DNA of 64,000 bases from an uncultured bacterium (GCA_963822585.1 CAWGIE010000036.1:64001-128000); one strand, 5' to 3'. Shown: positions 9,976 through 19,191, numbered from the stretch's first letter. Numbers and translations: made by a program. The notes: generated from the sequence alone by a model not told the origin.

Positions 9976-10301
9976 GTTTCTTTGCCTAGCCAGTCAAGGT
10001 ACTCCCGGCTGCCGCCGCTGACGGGGAGGGCGATGATCTCGGGGACGTCGTAGCGGTGAATTTCCTTCACGGTCTCGATCAGGCCGTTTAACTTCTCCCG
10101 GCGGGTCTTGGCGACCAGAAGAAATTCCTCCGCTCTATCCACCTTCCCCTCCCACCAGAAAAAGGATTCCCCTTTTGGCCAGATGGAGACACAAGCCGCC
10201 AGTCGTTTTTCGAGAAGCGTCCGGGCGATCCGCCCCGCCTCTTCCCGGTCCGGGCTGGTCATGAGAACGACAATGTACGTGTTCTGTAATTGATCATTCA
10301 T
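9969..10301 (-). CDS. cutA: Divalent-cation tolerance protein CutA
   Basis: RLAACV, FWWEGKV, HRYDVPEIIALP, YLDW motifs. Confidence 0.95.
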   Translation of the reverse strand: MNDQLQNTYIVVLMTSPDREEAGRIARTLLEKRLAACVSIWPKGESFFWWEGKVDRAEEFLLVAKTRREKLNGLIETVKEIHRYDVPEIIALPVSGGSREYLDWLGKETS

Positions 10302-10346
10302 ATGATGCTCCCGATAGGGATGTCTCCCTGACTATACCAGAAAAAA

Positions 10347-10449
10347 GTAATCGGTATTCAGTAATCGGTAATCGGTATTTTCCCGAGATGAGATCTGCTG
10401 ATCACTGATCACTGATTACTGATTACTGATTACCGATCACTGATTACTA
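10347..10449. repeat. Mirrored 7-nt repeats (GTAATC(G/A) / CTGAT(T/C)A)
   Basis: gtaatcggtattcagtaatcggtaatcggta ... ctgatcactgatcactgattactgattactgattaccgatcactgattact. Confidence 0.85.
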
Positions 10450-10456
10450 TCTGTTA

Positions 10457-12169
10457 TCACCTGCATTTCAACGTCCTCAGCCTGTTGATCGCCGCCGCGA
10501 TCTCGTATCGCCGGGGACGGGCGTGATTTCCTTTCAGGTAGGGAGAGATCACATCCAGCCCTTCCCGGTCCAGGTCGGCCTCGACCAGATCCAGGATCTC
10601 ACCCAGAGATCTCGTCCCGTCAATGTACTTATTCATCGCGTAATGAATGATATCCCCGATCGCCCGGGTCTGGCTGATATCCACCAGCTGCTCGACCCCG
10701 GAGAGATCGATCGTGGCATTGCCGAAGGCGATCGAGTTGATGCTCCGGGCGGAGATTTTGGCCTGCAGGCGCTTCCCCTTCCGGGGATCGAACCCTTCCG
10801 GGAGCGGGCGGCGCTCCTTGACCGCGCCGAAATATTGGCCGCCTTCGAACCGGCGGCGGCTGGAAAAGCTTTCCGCGATCCGGCGGGCCTCGGCGGTGAC
10901 GTCCCGGGGACGATATTCGTCCATCATGATCACCGTGTCGGCGACGTCAAAATAATCCCCGCTCCCTCCCATGACCAGGATGGTGGAGACACCGAGATCG
11001 CCATAGAGCTGGCGCACCTTGTCGATGAAGGGCGTTATCGGTTCCTTCTCCTTGGCGACCAGGCTCTGCATCCGCTCGTCCCTGATCATGAAGTTGGTGG
11101 CCGAGGTATCCTCGTCCACCAGGAGCAGCCGGGCGCCGGCCTCCAGCGCTTCCATGATATTAGCGGCCTGGGAAGTCGAGCCGCTGGCATCGGTGGAAGA
11201 AAATGATCTCGTATCCAGATTCAGCGGCAGATCTCTGATGAAGGGGCTGATATCGACATTCTCGATAAAACGACCGTCTTCGGCCCGGATCTTCACGCAG
11301 TCGGCGACGGTGACCGCCAGTTCCCGTCCGTCTCCGGGAATATGGTTATAGACTCCTTTCTCGAGGGCTGCCAGCAGGGTCGATTTGCCGTGGTATCCCC
11401 CTCCCACGATCAGGGTCACCCCGGCGGGGACCCCCATCCCCCGCACCGGCCCCCGGTGGGGACAGATGAACTCCACCTCGAGGCCGGGAGGGGATTGAAA
11501 GAGGACCGCGGCTTCCTCCGGGAGAGGACGGTCATCGATACCGCTCAATCGGGGCAGAAGCGAACCGTTGCCGACGAAGGCCGCCAGGCCTTTTTCAGGA
11601 AGATGCGACCGGATGAACTCCGCGTCCTCGGCCAGGTCGACGAATTTCTTCAGGAGATCCCCATCCAGAGCGGAGTAGATCAGGGTCCTTCGGACCAGTT
11701 CGGGAATTTCCTCAAAGAAAATCTCCTCCGCCTGGCGGCCCGAGATACTCCTTCCCCGGGCCGGCAGTCCGACCACGAACCGGGCCTCCACCCATTCATC
11801 CGTTACCACCATCGCCGTCCGCATCAGCACTTCCTGGGAAGGCTTATCGATGGCGAGGAGCCCGCTGTGGCCGGTGCCGCGCCGCCCTTTGACCACCTGC
11901 TGAGCCTGGCGGAAGAAATGCCTGGTCAGGCAGTCTTCCAGGGCCCGGCGCCGGATCGGCGAATTGAAAAGTCCGGCCGGGAAACCGGCCGATTTCCCGC
12001 CGACCCGCACCGCCGCCTGGCTGGGGGGAGCGAAGGGATCGGGCTGAACATAATCGATAGTGAGGGTAAACGTCCCGAAATCATAGAGCCCTTTGATGTC
12101 CTTATAAAAGCCGTAGGGCTTGCCGTCGATGCGAAGGAGCTGTTGCCTGAGCTGTTCCTTGCTTTTCAT
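10457..12169 (-). CDS. Stand-alone ABC-class P-loop ATPase (ABC_ATPase family)
   Basis: Walker A GGGYHGKST, Walker B LLLVDEDTSATNFMIRD, ASGSTSQAANI, C-terminal EIAAAINRLR. Confidence 0.9.
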   Translation of the reverse strand: MKSKEQLRQQLLRIDGKPYGFYKDIKGLYDFGTFTLTIDYVQPDPFAPPSQAAVRVGGKSAGFPAGLFNSPIRRRALEDCLTRHFFRQAQQVVKGRRGTGHSGLLAIDKPSQEVLMRTAMVVTDEWVEARFVVGLPARGRSISGRQAEEIFFEEIPELVRRTLIYSALDGDLLKKFVDLAEDAEFIRSHLPEKGLAAFVGNGSLLPRLSGIDDRPLPEEAAVLFQSPPGLEVEFICPHRGPVRGMGVPAGVTLIVGGGYHGKSTLLAALEKGVYNHIPGDGRELAVTVADCVKIRAEDGRFIENVDISPFIRDLPLNLDTRSFSSTDASGSTSQAANIMEALEAGARLLLVDEDTSATNFMIRDERMQSLVAKEKEPITPFIDKVRQLYGDLGVSTILVMGGSGDYFDVADTVIMMDEYRPRDVTAEARRIAESFSSRRRFEGGQYFGAVKERRPLPEGFDPRKGKRLQAKISARSINSIAFGNATIDLSGVEQLVDISQTRAIGDIIHYAMNKYIDGTRSLGEILDLVEADLDREGLDVISPYLKGNHARPRRYEIAAAINRLRTLKCR

Positions 12170-12412
12170 CTCTCAACCTCTTCCCACCGCTCCCGGTGAA
12201 GATATCCGCCATGAAGACACGGAGAAAGTATCTCGGGGAATCAGATTATCAGTGGGCAGAAAATCAGGACATCAGGTGCTCGATGTCAGGGGCCCGAAAT
12301 TCCGATAATCCGGCAATCTTCCACCTGATCCCCTGTTATCCTGATTTCCCAACCTAATACTTTTGTGTTTAGCGGCATATGCTCTGGAAGCAGAGCGAGA
12401 ACGAAGGTGGGG

Positions 12413-12724
12413 TTATTTGCCTTCGGCGGGTTTGGCGGGTGGCGGGGAAGAGGATTCAGGGGTTTTCTTCTTATCCGAGGCAGGTTTCTCGGCCGGAGGT
12501 TTTTCCTTCACCTTCTCTTTTTTCTCTCCTTCCTTGTAGCTCTTGCTCCGATAGTCCGTTTCATAGAACCCGGAGCCTTTAAAGATGATCCCCGCTCCGG
12601 TTCCGATCAGCCTCTTCAGCTTTCCTCCGCAATGGGAGCACCTGGTAAGCTTCTTGGCTTTGATGCTCTGAAATTTCTCAAAGAGGTCCCCGCAATCTTC
12701 GCACTCATAATCATAGGTCGGCAT
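12413..12724 (-). CDS. FmdB family zinc-ribbon protein
   Basis: MPTYDYECEDC...CSHCGG...FKGSGFYETDY. Confidence 0.92.
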   Translation of the reverse strand: MPTYDYECEDCGDLFEKFQSIKAKKLTRCSHCGGKLKRLIGTGAGIIFKGSGFYETDYRSKSYKEGEKKEKVKEKPPAEKPASDKKKTPESSSPPPAKPAEGK

Positions 12725-13006
12725 AAACAGGCTCCCTTCCGATTTGATTCATTTGTCGGCAATCATAGGGAAATATTTTCGATTGTCAAGTTTGTAGAAC
12801 TCCGGTTATGGTAATATTAAACGGCTGCTTCAAAATGAATTAAAACCATGAAGGACACGAAGAACACCAAGTATGACTGATAAAAAATGAGCTTTGACTT
12901 ATTTTTGACAAAATCTTCGTCTTCTTCGTGGTTTCAATCGTTTTTATTTCAATGAAACAAAATTTTCGAGTACGGTATAGTTAGTGCGGGACACTGCTTC
13001 ACTCTA

Positions 13007-13900
13007 ATGAAAAGGGAACAGGACTTCCAGGCCTATCTGGCGGAGAAAAAGGAACTGATCGACGGTGCTCTGGCGGAATCCCTCGATCGGGAGAAGGACT
13101 GCCCGGAGATATTGCGGCAGGCCATGCGGTACAGCCTGCTGGGAGGGGGGAAGCGTATTCGTCCCATCCTCTGTCTGGCCGCCTGCCGGGCCGTCGGCGG
13201 CCGGGAAGAACAGGCGCTGGCTTCCGCCGGCGCCCTGGAGATGATCCACACCTATTCGCTCATCCACGACGACCTCCCCGCCATGGACGACGATGAATTC
13301 CGCCGCGGACGGCCGACCCTCCATCGCGCTTTTAACGAAGGGACCGCCATTCTGGCCGGTGACGCCCTCCTCACCCGGGCCTTCGAGGTGATCGCCCGGG
13401 ACCGGCGCCTGAGTGACCGGCAGGTTCGGCGGATCGTGACCGAATTGGCGGCCGGGGCCGGGGAACGGGGGATGGTGGGGGGACAGCAGGCCGACCTTGA
13501 TGCCGAAGGGCGGCGGGTGGATGGGAAGGCTCTGGAGTATATCCATTCCCGGAAAACCGGGGCGTTTCTCACCGCCTCCGTCCTCTGCGGAGCGATCGCC
13601 GGCGGCGCCTCCCCGAAACAGCTCAAAATCCTGGGCGCCTACGGAAAGGCGATCGGTCTCGCTTTTCAGATCAAGGACGATCTGCTCGATCGCGAAGGGG
13701 AGATCGGCAAACTCGGGAAAGCGACCGGTCAGGACGAGAAAACCGGAAAGGCGACATATCCCGCCGTCTGGGGGATAGAGGTTTCCCGGGAAAAACTTCG
13801 GGATGCGATCGATGAGGCTCTTGCCTCCCTGGAAGCCTTCGGCCGGGAAGCCGATCCCCTGCGGGAGATCGCGCGGTTCATTGGCGAACGGGAAACATAA
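13007..13900 (+). CDS. ispA: Polyprenyl (farnesyl/geranylgeranyl) diphosphate synthase
   Basis: GGKRIRP, LIHDDLPAMDDD, RRGRPT, GQQAD, FQIKDDLLD motifs. Confidence 0.92.
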   Translation: MKREQDFQAYLAEKKELIDGALAESLDREKDCPEILRQAMRYSLLGGGKRIRPILCLAACRAVGGREEQALASAGALEMIHTYSLIHDDLPAMDDDEFRRGRPTLHRAFNEGTAILAGDALLTRAFEVIARDRRLSDRQVRRIVTELAAGAGERGMVGGQQADLDAEGRRVDGKALEYIHSRKTGAFLTASVLCGAIAGGASPKQLKILGAYGKAIGLAFQIKDDLLDREGEIGKLGKATGQDEKTGKATYPAVWGIEVSREKLRDAIDEALASLEAFGREADPLREIARFIGERET

Positions 13901-13902
13901 AT

Positions 13903-14141
13903 AGAGCTTACTCAATAAGCTCGTAAGCTCTAAAATTCTAATATCTTCAGCCAAAGGCTGATCCGCCTCTGGCGGAAAATACTAAATCCTAAATAATATC
14001 AAATGACCAAAATCACAAATTCAAAACAATTTCGCCGGGACCCGTGATATTTCGATCATTGGGTCATTTGGATTTTGAATTTGTTTAGGATTTCGATATT
14101 AGGATTTAGGATTTTCTGATAAAAAGCCTTTTCGAGCAGGG
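13903..14141 (+). mobile_element. MITE-like AT-rich palindromic element, copy 1 of 3
   Basis: AGAGCTT...AAGCTCT end hairpin, aaatcctaaat/aaatgacc arms mirrored by ggtcattt/tttaggattt, ends TTTTCGAGCAGG; homologous to 19192-19401 and 33872-34090. Confidence 0.75.
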
Positions 14142-14146
14142 TAGAT

Positions 14147-14536
14147 CTATACCATTTTAATCCAGATCTGGCGATGGCGGGGACCGTCGAACTCGCAGAA
14201 AAAGATTCCCTGCCAGGTCCCCAGCCGGAGGCTGCCGCTCGCTACCGGCACACAGACCGACGATCCCATCAGAGAAGCCTTGATATGGGAGTCGGCATTC
14301 CCTTCCAAGTGGTTATAGCCGGCGCCGTCAGGGACCAGCCGGGAGAGAACCGATTGGATATCGGCCCGGACGCTGGGATCGGCGTTCTCATTGATGGTGA
14401 TCCCCGCGGTCGTGTGGGGGACGAAGATCACACAGATCCCCTCCTCCGCCCCGGAGGCGGACACCTCCCGTTCCACCTGGGCGGTGATATCTACCATCTC
14501 CGAGCGCCGGGATGTCCTGAGGCTGATTGTTCTCAT
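14147..14536 (-). CDS. yjbQ: YjbQ / UPF0047 family protein
   Basis: PHTTAGITINENADPSV, NADSHIK, LGTWQGIFFCEFDGPR. Confidence 0.93.
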   Translation of the reverse strand: MRTISLRTSRRSEMVDITAQVEREVSASGAEEGICVIFVPHTTAGITINENADPSVRADIQSVLSRLVPDGAGYNHLEGNADSHIKASLMGSSVCVPVASGSLRLGTWQGIFFCEFDGPRHRQIWIKMV

Positions 14537-14636
14537 TTAACATTTTCCTCCGGAAAATTTTATGAAAAAATTACTATTCGACGTTAGAGGTTGAGCGTTC
14601 ATTATTCCCAGCATCCGTTCGTTCAATGTTCGATGT

Positions 14637-15314
14637 TCAACGTTCGACGTTGGACGTTGAGCGTTGAACGTTCATCATTTCATTCATAAGCCACTCCCCC
14701 CACTCCTCCGTTCCCTCTCCGGTCCGGCAGGAGACCTCGATGACCGGGATGACGGGGTTGATGGCTTTCAGCCCGGCGTAAAAAGCCGCCCGGTCAAAGT
14801 CGGTATGAGGGATAAGGTCGATCTTGTTCAGGATCACCACCGCCGCCTCGATAAAAAGAAGAGGGTACTTGGTCGGCTTATCGTCGCCTTCGGCGACGCT
14901 GACCAGTCCGATCTTTGCTTCTTCTCCCAGTTGAAAGCTGACCGGGCAGACCAGGTTGCCGACATTCTCGATGATTAAAAGATCGATGGCATCGAGATCC
15001 ATCCCGGAGAGCGCCTCCCGTACCATCTGCGGACTCAGGTGACAGCCCCGGCCGGTATTGATCTGGAGCGCGTCCAGCCCCAATTTCCGGAGGCGAACCG
15101 TGTCTTTGTCCGATGCCAGGTCGCCTTCGATGACCCCCATCCTGATTTTTTTACCGAGGTGCCGGTAGGCGGCTTCGATCAGCGAGGTCTTCCCCGAGCC
15201 GGGAGAGCCGATCAGGTTCAATGCCGCCACCCCGTGCCGGCGCAGCAACAGCCGATTTTCCTCTCCGATCCGGTCTTCTTCTTTTAAAATATCTTCTTTG
15301 ATTTTTACCTTCAC
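14637..15314 (-). CDS. hypB: Hydrogenase nickel incorporation GTPase HypB
   Basis: GSPGSGKT, VIEGD, GCHL, IENVGNLVCP, KPTKYP, NKID. Confidence 0.95.
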   Translation of the reverse strand: MKVKIKEDILKEEDRIGEENRLLLRRHGVAALNLIGSPGSGKTSLIEAAYRHLGKKIRMGVIEGDLASDKDTVRLRKLGLDALQINTGRGCHLSPQMVREALSGMDLDAIDLLIIENVGNLVCPVSFQLGEEAKIGLVSVAEGDDKPTKYPLLFIEAAVVILNKIDLIPHTDFDRAAFYAGLKAINPVIPVIEVSCRTGEGTEEWGEWLMNEMMNVQRSTSNVER

Positions 15315-15453
15315 ACCTTCTCCGATACCGGGGCTGACGCCCCGGCCTATTATCTTTCGCCCCTTTGGGGCTTTTCGTTCGACGTTGAACGTTGAGCGTT
15401 GGACGTTGATCGTTCAGGTCCGATCACCGATTACCGTTGTTCGGTCATTCCTT

Positions 15454-15964
15454 CGCCCCTCGTCCTTCGTCCCTCGTCCCTCGTCCTTCGTCCCTCGTCC
15501 TTCGTCCTTCGCCCCTCGTCCCTCGTCCTTCGTCCTTCGCCCCTCGTCCTTCGTCCCTCGTCCTTCGTCCCTCGTCCTTCGTCCCTCGTCCTTCGTCCTT
15601 CGCCCCTCGTCCCTCGTCCTTCGTCCCTCGTCCCTCGTCCTTCGTCCTTCGTCCCTCGTCCCTCGTCCCTCGTCCTTCGTCCCTCGTCCTTCGTCCCTCG
15701 TCCCTCGTCCCTCGTCCCTCGTCCTTCGTCCTTCGTCCCTCGTCCTTCGTCCCTCGTCCCTCGTCCCTCGTCCTTCGTCCCTCGTCCTTCGTCCCTCGTC
15801 CCTCGTCCCTCGTCCCTCGTCCTTCGTCCTTCGTCCCTCGTCCTTCGTCCTTCGCCCCTCGTCCCTCGTCCTTCGTCCCTCGTCCTTCGTCCCTCGTCCC
15901 TCGTCCCTCGCCCCTCGTCCTTCGCCCCTCGTCCCTCGTCCTTCGTCCCTCGTCCTTCGTCCTA
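15454..15964. repeat. Tandem array of 73 7-bp units (CGTCCTT / CGTCCCT / CGCCCCT)
   Basis: 511 bp = 73 x 7 from cgcccct at 15454 to cgtccta at 15964; explains the low-complexity ORFs here. Confidence 0.95.
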
Positions 15965-16306
15965 CCTCTCTCCTTCCATATAATCGATATACAGCTCCTT
16001 CCCGGATAGAATCTCCAGATCGCCGCCGCCGCAGGCCCCGCAAGTGAAGAGCAGGTCCTTCCCGGCCGTTTTTTCCCCGCAGCCCCGGCAACGGACTTCC
16101 AGGGGGACCGTCTCGATCTCGAGCCGGGCGCCGGCAATCTCCGTCTCGCCGGCCAGCATCTCGAAGGCGCACTGGAGAGTTTCGGGGATCACCTGCTGGA
16201 GCGCACCTACCCGGATGACCACCCGGGAAACCGAGGCCAGGTTTTCCCGCCGGGCGGCGGACGCCGCCAGCTTGACCAAATTATCGGCGATCGCCCATTC
16301 GTGCAT
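15962..16306 (-). CDS. hypA: Hydrogenase maturation nickel metallochaperone HypA
   Basis: MHE start at 16306, CRGC and CGAC zinc motifs, GKELYI. Confidence 0.95.
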   Translation of the reverse strand: MHEWAIADNLVKLAASAARRENLASVSRVVIRVGALQQVIPETLQCAFEMLAGETEIAGARLEIETVPLEVRCRGCGEKTAGKDLLFTCGACGGGDLEILSGKELYIDYMEGER

Positions 16307-16435
16307 GATAAAATCCTGGGGTATGGGAGTGATGGAATAATGGAGTGATGGGGCCTGTGGCCCGCGCACACAATACTCCAACACTCCATCACCCCATTTT
16401 TACCCAATCATCGTTCCGGCTTCCCCGGCCGTTTT

Positions 16436-17353
16436 TCAATCCCGCTCCTGGTATTCGACTTCATACTCGTCCAGATCCCGGGCGATCCTGGTCTGGGGAA
16501 AAATCTCCCGGGCTTCCTTCAGCATCGAGTTGATCGACAGGTAGCGGGGACTGATATGGACCAGGACCAGCTGGCGCACCCCCGCCTCCTGGGCGAGCCG
16601 GGCCGCCTCCCGGGCGGTGGAGTGTCCTCTCATTTTGCTCTCCCCGGCCATCTCTTCATCGAACATCCCGTCGTGGACGAGGAGATCCGCCCCCCGGGCG
16701 AAATCGACGGCGCCCGGAAAAGGGCGCGTATCGACCATGTATACCACCATGCGGCCCGGACGGGCTTTCCCCAAAACTTCTTCCGGAAGCACGCGCCGGC
16801 CGCTATCCAAGACCACCTCCTGCCCCGATTGAAGGCGCTTGTAAAGGGGCCCGGCGGGGACGCCGATCTTTTTAGCCGCTTCCAGATCGAACCGGCCCGG
16901 GCGCGGTCGTTCCACCAGCCGGTAGGCAAGGGTGAAGACCCGGTGGTCGACCGGCATCGCCTCGATATAATATTCGCCTTCATCGACGATCACCCCGCCT
17001 TCGATCTCCTTTACTTCCAGCGGATAGGCGACACCGAAACGGAGGTATTTCCGGCTGAGATGAACGTAGTCGGCGATCCCCGGGGGACCGAAGATGGAGA
17101 GAGGCGCGGACCGGGAACCCATGCTCATGCTCATCAGGAGACCCGCCAGCCCGATGACATGGTCGCCGTGGAGGTGGGTGACACAGATCGCCCTCAGGCG
17201 TGCCCAGCCCAGGTGAGACCTTCCCAGCTGAAGCTGGGTCCCTTCCCCGCAGTCGAACATGAACATCTCCCCTTCCCGCAGCAGCACCGTCGACGGCAGC
17301 ATGCGCCGCGTGGTGGGGAACGCTCCGCCCGAACCAAGAATAACCGCTCTCAT
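16436..17353 (-). CDS. rnz: Ribonuclease Z
   Basis: FDCGEGTQ, THLHGDHVIG, exosite GVPAGPLY..LQSG, DTRP, HST, HISPRY. Confidence 0.93.
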   Translation of the reverse strand: MRAVILGSGGAFPTTRRMLPSTVLLREGEMFMFDCGEGTQLQLGRSHLGWARLRAICVTHLHGDHVIGLAGLLMSMSMGSRSAPLSIFGPPGIADYVHLSRKYLRFGVAYPLEVKEIEGGVIVDEGEYYIEAMPVDHRVFTLAYRLVERPRPGRFDLEAAKKIGVPAGPLYKRLQSGQEVVLDSGRRVLPEEVLGKARPGRMVVYMVDTRPFPGAVDFARGADLLVHDGMFDEEMAGESKMRGHSTAREAARLAQEAGVRQLVLVHISPRYLSINSMLKEAREIFPQTRIARDLDEYEVEYQERD

Positions 17354-17356
17354 TTA

Positions 17357-17681
17357 GAACTTAGCTTCGCAACTGAGGGAGGGCACGGCGGCCCTCCCCT
17401 ACGTAGGGGCCGACCGCTGTGTCGGCCCGATTTATTGAAATTCCGAAACAGCAAGTTAGCGCCTCCGGCGCAACTTGTAGCATAAAGTGTAATGTGTAAC
17501 GTGTAAGGGAAACTACCACCCTGCGCTTTACACTTCACGCTACTGTTTTTTCTCGCTGCCACGCTCTGCGTGGTAGCGAAAATATGTAAAATAGGCTCAT
17601 TCCGTTCCCACGCAGAGCGTGGGAACGAGAATTTTTAAACATTTGTGTCTATTTATTAAAATTCCGAAGCAGGAACTTAGC
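17357..17681 (+). mobile_element. Two tandem AA(C/G)TTAG-bounded non-coding elements carrying REP-like hairpins
   Basis: aacttagc...gcaact [cargo] tttattgaaattccgaaacagcaagttagc...gcaact [cargo] tttattaaaattccgaagcaggaacttagc. Confidence 0.65.
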
Positions 17682-17911
17682 TCTCTCAGTTTGTCCCTCG
17701 CTTAGCCGGGTTTCACATACTTATTATGCAGTCTGAATAGTAACAACTTTTTGTCAACCCGGAAGTACTTTTATTGTCAACCGGGAGCGGGGGGGGTGGT
17801 CGGGGAAGCCCGAGATGCGGATCACATTACTCCAGTACTCCACCATTCCATCACTCCGTCCCTGCTTTTTCTTTTCATACCCATTCTGTCTTTAGTGTTA
17901 TACTCTGATCC

Positions 17912-19135
17912 ATGACGGCTTTTGAAAAGGATCGTCAGTTCTACCGTTTCGCGGCTTATGGGTTCCTGAAGAATTTACGCTTCTTCGAACCCTTTATCAT
18001 CCTTTATTTCCGGGAGACGGGTTTATCCTTCCTTGAGATCGGAACACTGTATTCCATCCGCGAGATCGCCGTCCTCCTCCTGGAACTTCCCACCGGCTTC
18101 ATCGCCGACTTTTACGGCCGGCGAATATCGATGATCGCTTCCATGGTCGCGTATATCATCAGTTTCCTCATTTTCTATCTTTTTCCCTATTTTTCCGCCT
18201 TCGCGGCCGGGATGATTCTCTTCGGCTTCGGGGAAGCCTTCCGAACCGGGACCCATAAGGCCCTGATCCTTGAATACCTCCGGCAAAATGAGATGCTTGA
18301 CCGGCGCACTGATTATTACGGCGCCACCCGGAGCGCTTCCCAGCTCGGCTCCGCTCTCAACGCGATCCTGGCGGCGGCGCTGGTTTTTTACGGAAGAAGC
18401 TACCGGATCATCTTCCCGGCCGCGGTCATCCCCTATCTGCTCAATCTCTTCAATCTGGCCACCTACCCGAAAATACTCGACACGGGGATCGAGAGAAAGG
18501 CCAAAAATCAGACCTTCAAGGATTTTCTCGCCGTTTTCAGCCGCCGCGACGCGCGGCGGGGGATTTTAAACTCCAGCATCTTCGATGCTTTCTTCAAGAC
18601 CGGCCAGGAGTATCTCCAGCCGATCTTGAAGAGCATGGCCGTCGCTCTCCCGATTTTAACCGTACTGCAAGGGCGGCAGAGAACCGCCGTCCTGGTGGGG
18701 ATCGTTTATTTCCTGATCTACCTGCTCACCAGTTACGCGGCACGGAATGCCGGGCGTATGAACCGGATGCTGGGCGGCACGGCCCGGACACTGAACTTGA
18801 CCTTCCTGGCCGGGGCGGCCCTGCTGGCCGCCGCCGGTGTTTGCATTGGACTCACTATCCAGGGAGCGGCGGTGCTCTTTTTCCTCCTCCTCTTCCTTCT
18901 CCAGAACGCCCGTCGTCCCGTCAACATAACCTATATCAGCGAGAAGATATCCCACCGGGCGATGGCCTCGGGGCTCTCGGCCGAATCCCAGATCAAATCC
19001 CTGATCATGGCCCTGGCCGCCCCCGCGGTCGGTTTCCTCGCCGATCGGTTCGGGATCGGCCCCGCGCTGATTACCGCTGGGGTCGTCATGGGGCTGCTGC
19101 TGACCGGGGCTTGCCTGAAAGAAGAGACTTCATGA
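17912..19135 (+). CDS. MFS transporter
   Basis: About 12 hydrophobic helices, ELPTGFIADFYGRR motif A, second GFLADRFG. Confidence 0.9.
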   Translation: MTAFEKDRQFYRFAAYGFLKNLRFFEPFIILYFRETGLSFLEIGTLYSIREIAVLLLELPTGFIADFYGRRISMIASMVAYIISFLIFYLFPYFSAFAAGMILFGFGEAFRTGTHKALILEYLRQNEMLDRRTDYYGATRSASQLGSALNAILAAALVFYGRSYRIIFPAAVIPYLLNLFNLATYPKILDTGIERKAKNQTFKDFLAVFSRRDARRGILNSSIFDAFFKTGQEYLQPILKSMAVALPILTVLQGRQRTAVLVGIVYFLIYLLTSYAARNAGRMNRMLGGTARTLNLTFLAGAALLAAAGVCIGLTIQGAAVLFFLLLFLLQNARRPVNITYISEKISHRAMASGLSAESQIKSLIMALAAPAVGFLADRFGIGPALITAGVVMGLLLTGACLKEETS

Positions 19136-19191
19136 ATGACGGATGATGAGGAAAAGGCGATGGAGTTTCTCCGGGAGTATTCATAAACAGG

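Noticed and set aside
15298..16172. Five overlapping ORFs of RPSS/DEGR repeats
   Set aside because: By-product of a stop-free 7-bp tandem array; they overlap hypA/hypB and have no independent coding evidence.
16307..16384. N-terminal extension of HypA
   Set aside because: Encoded by the 8-mer repeat; HypA begins at the conserved MHE.
17357..17681. Possible mini CRISPR (repeat-spacer-repeat)
   Set aside because: Only 2-3 degenerate repeats, very unequal and palindrome-filled spacers, and no cas genes.
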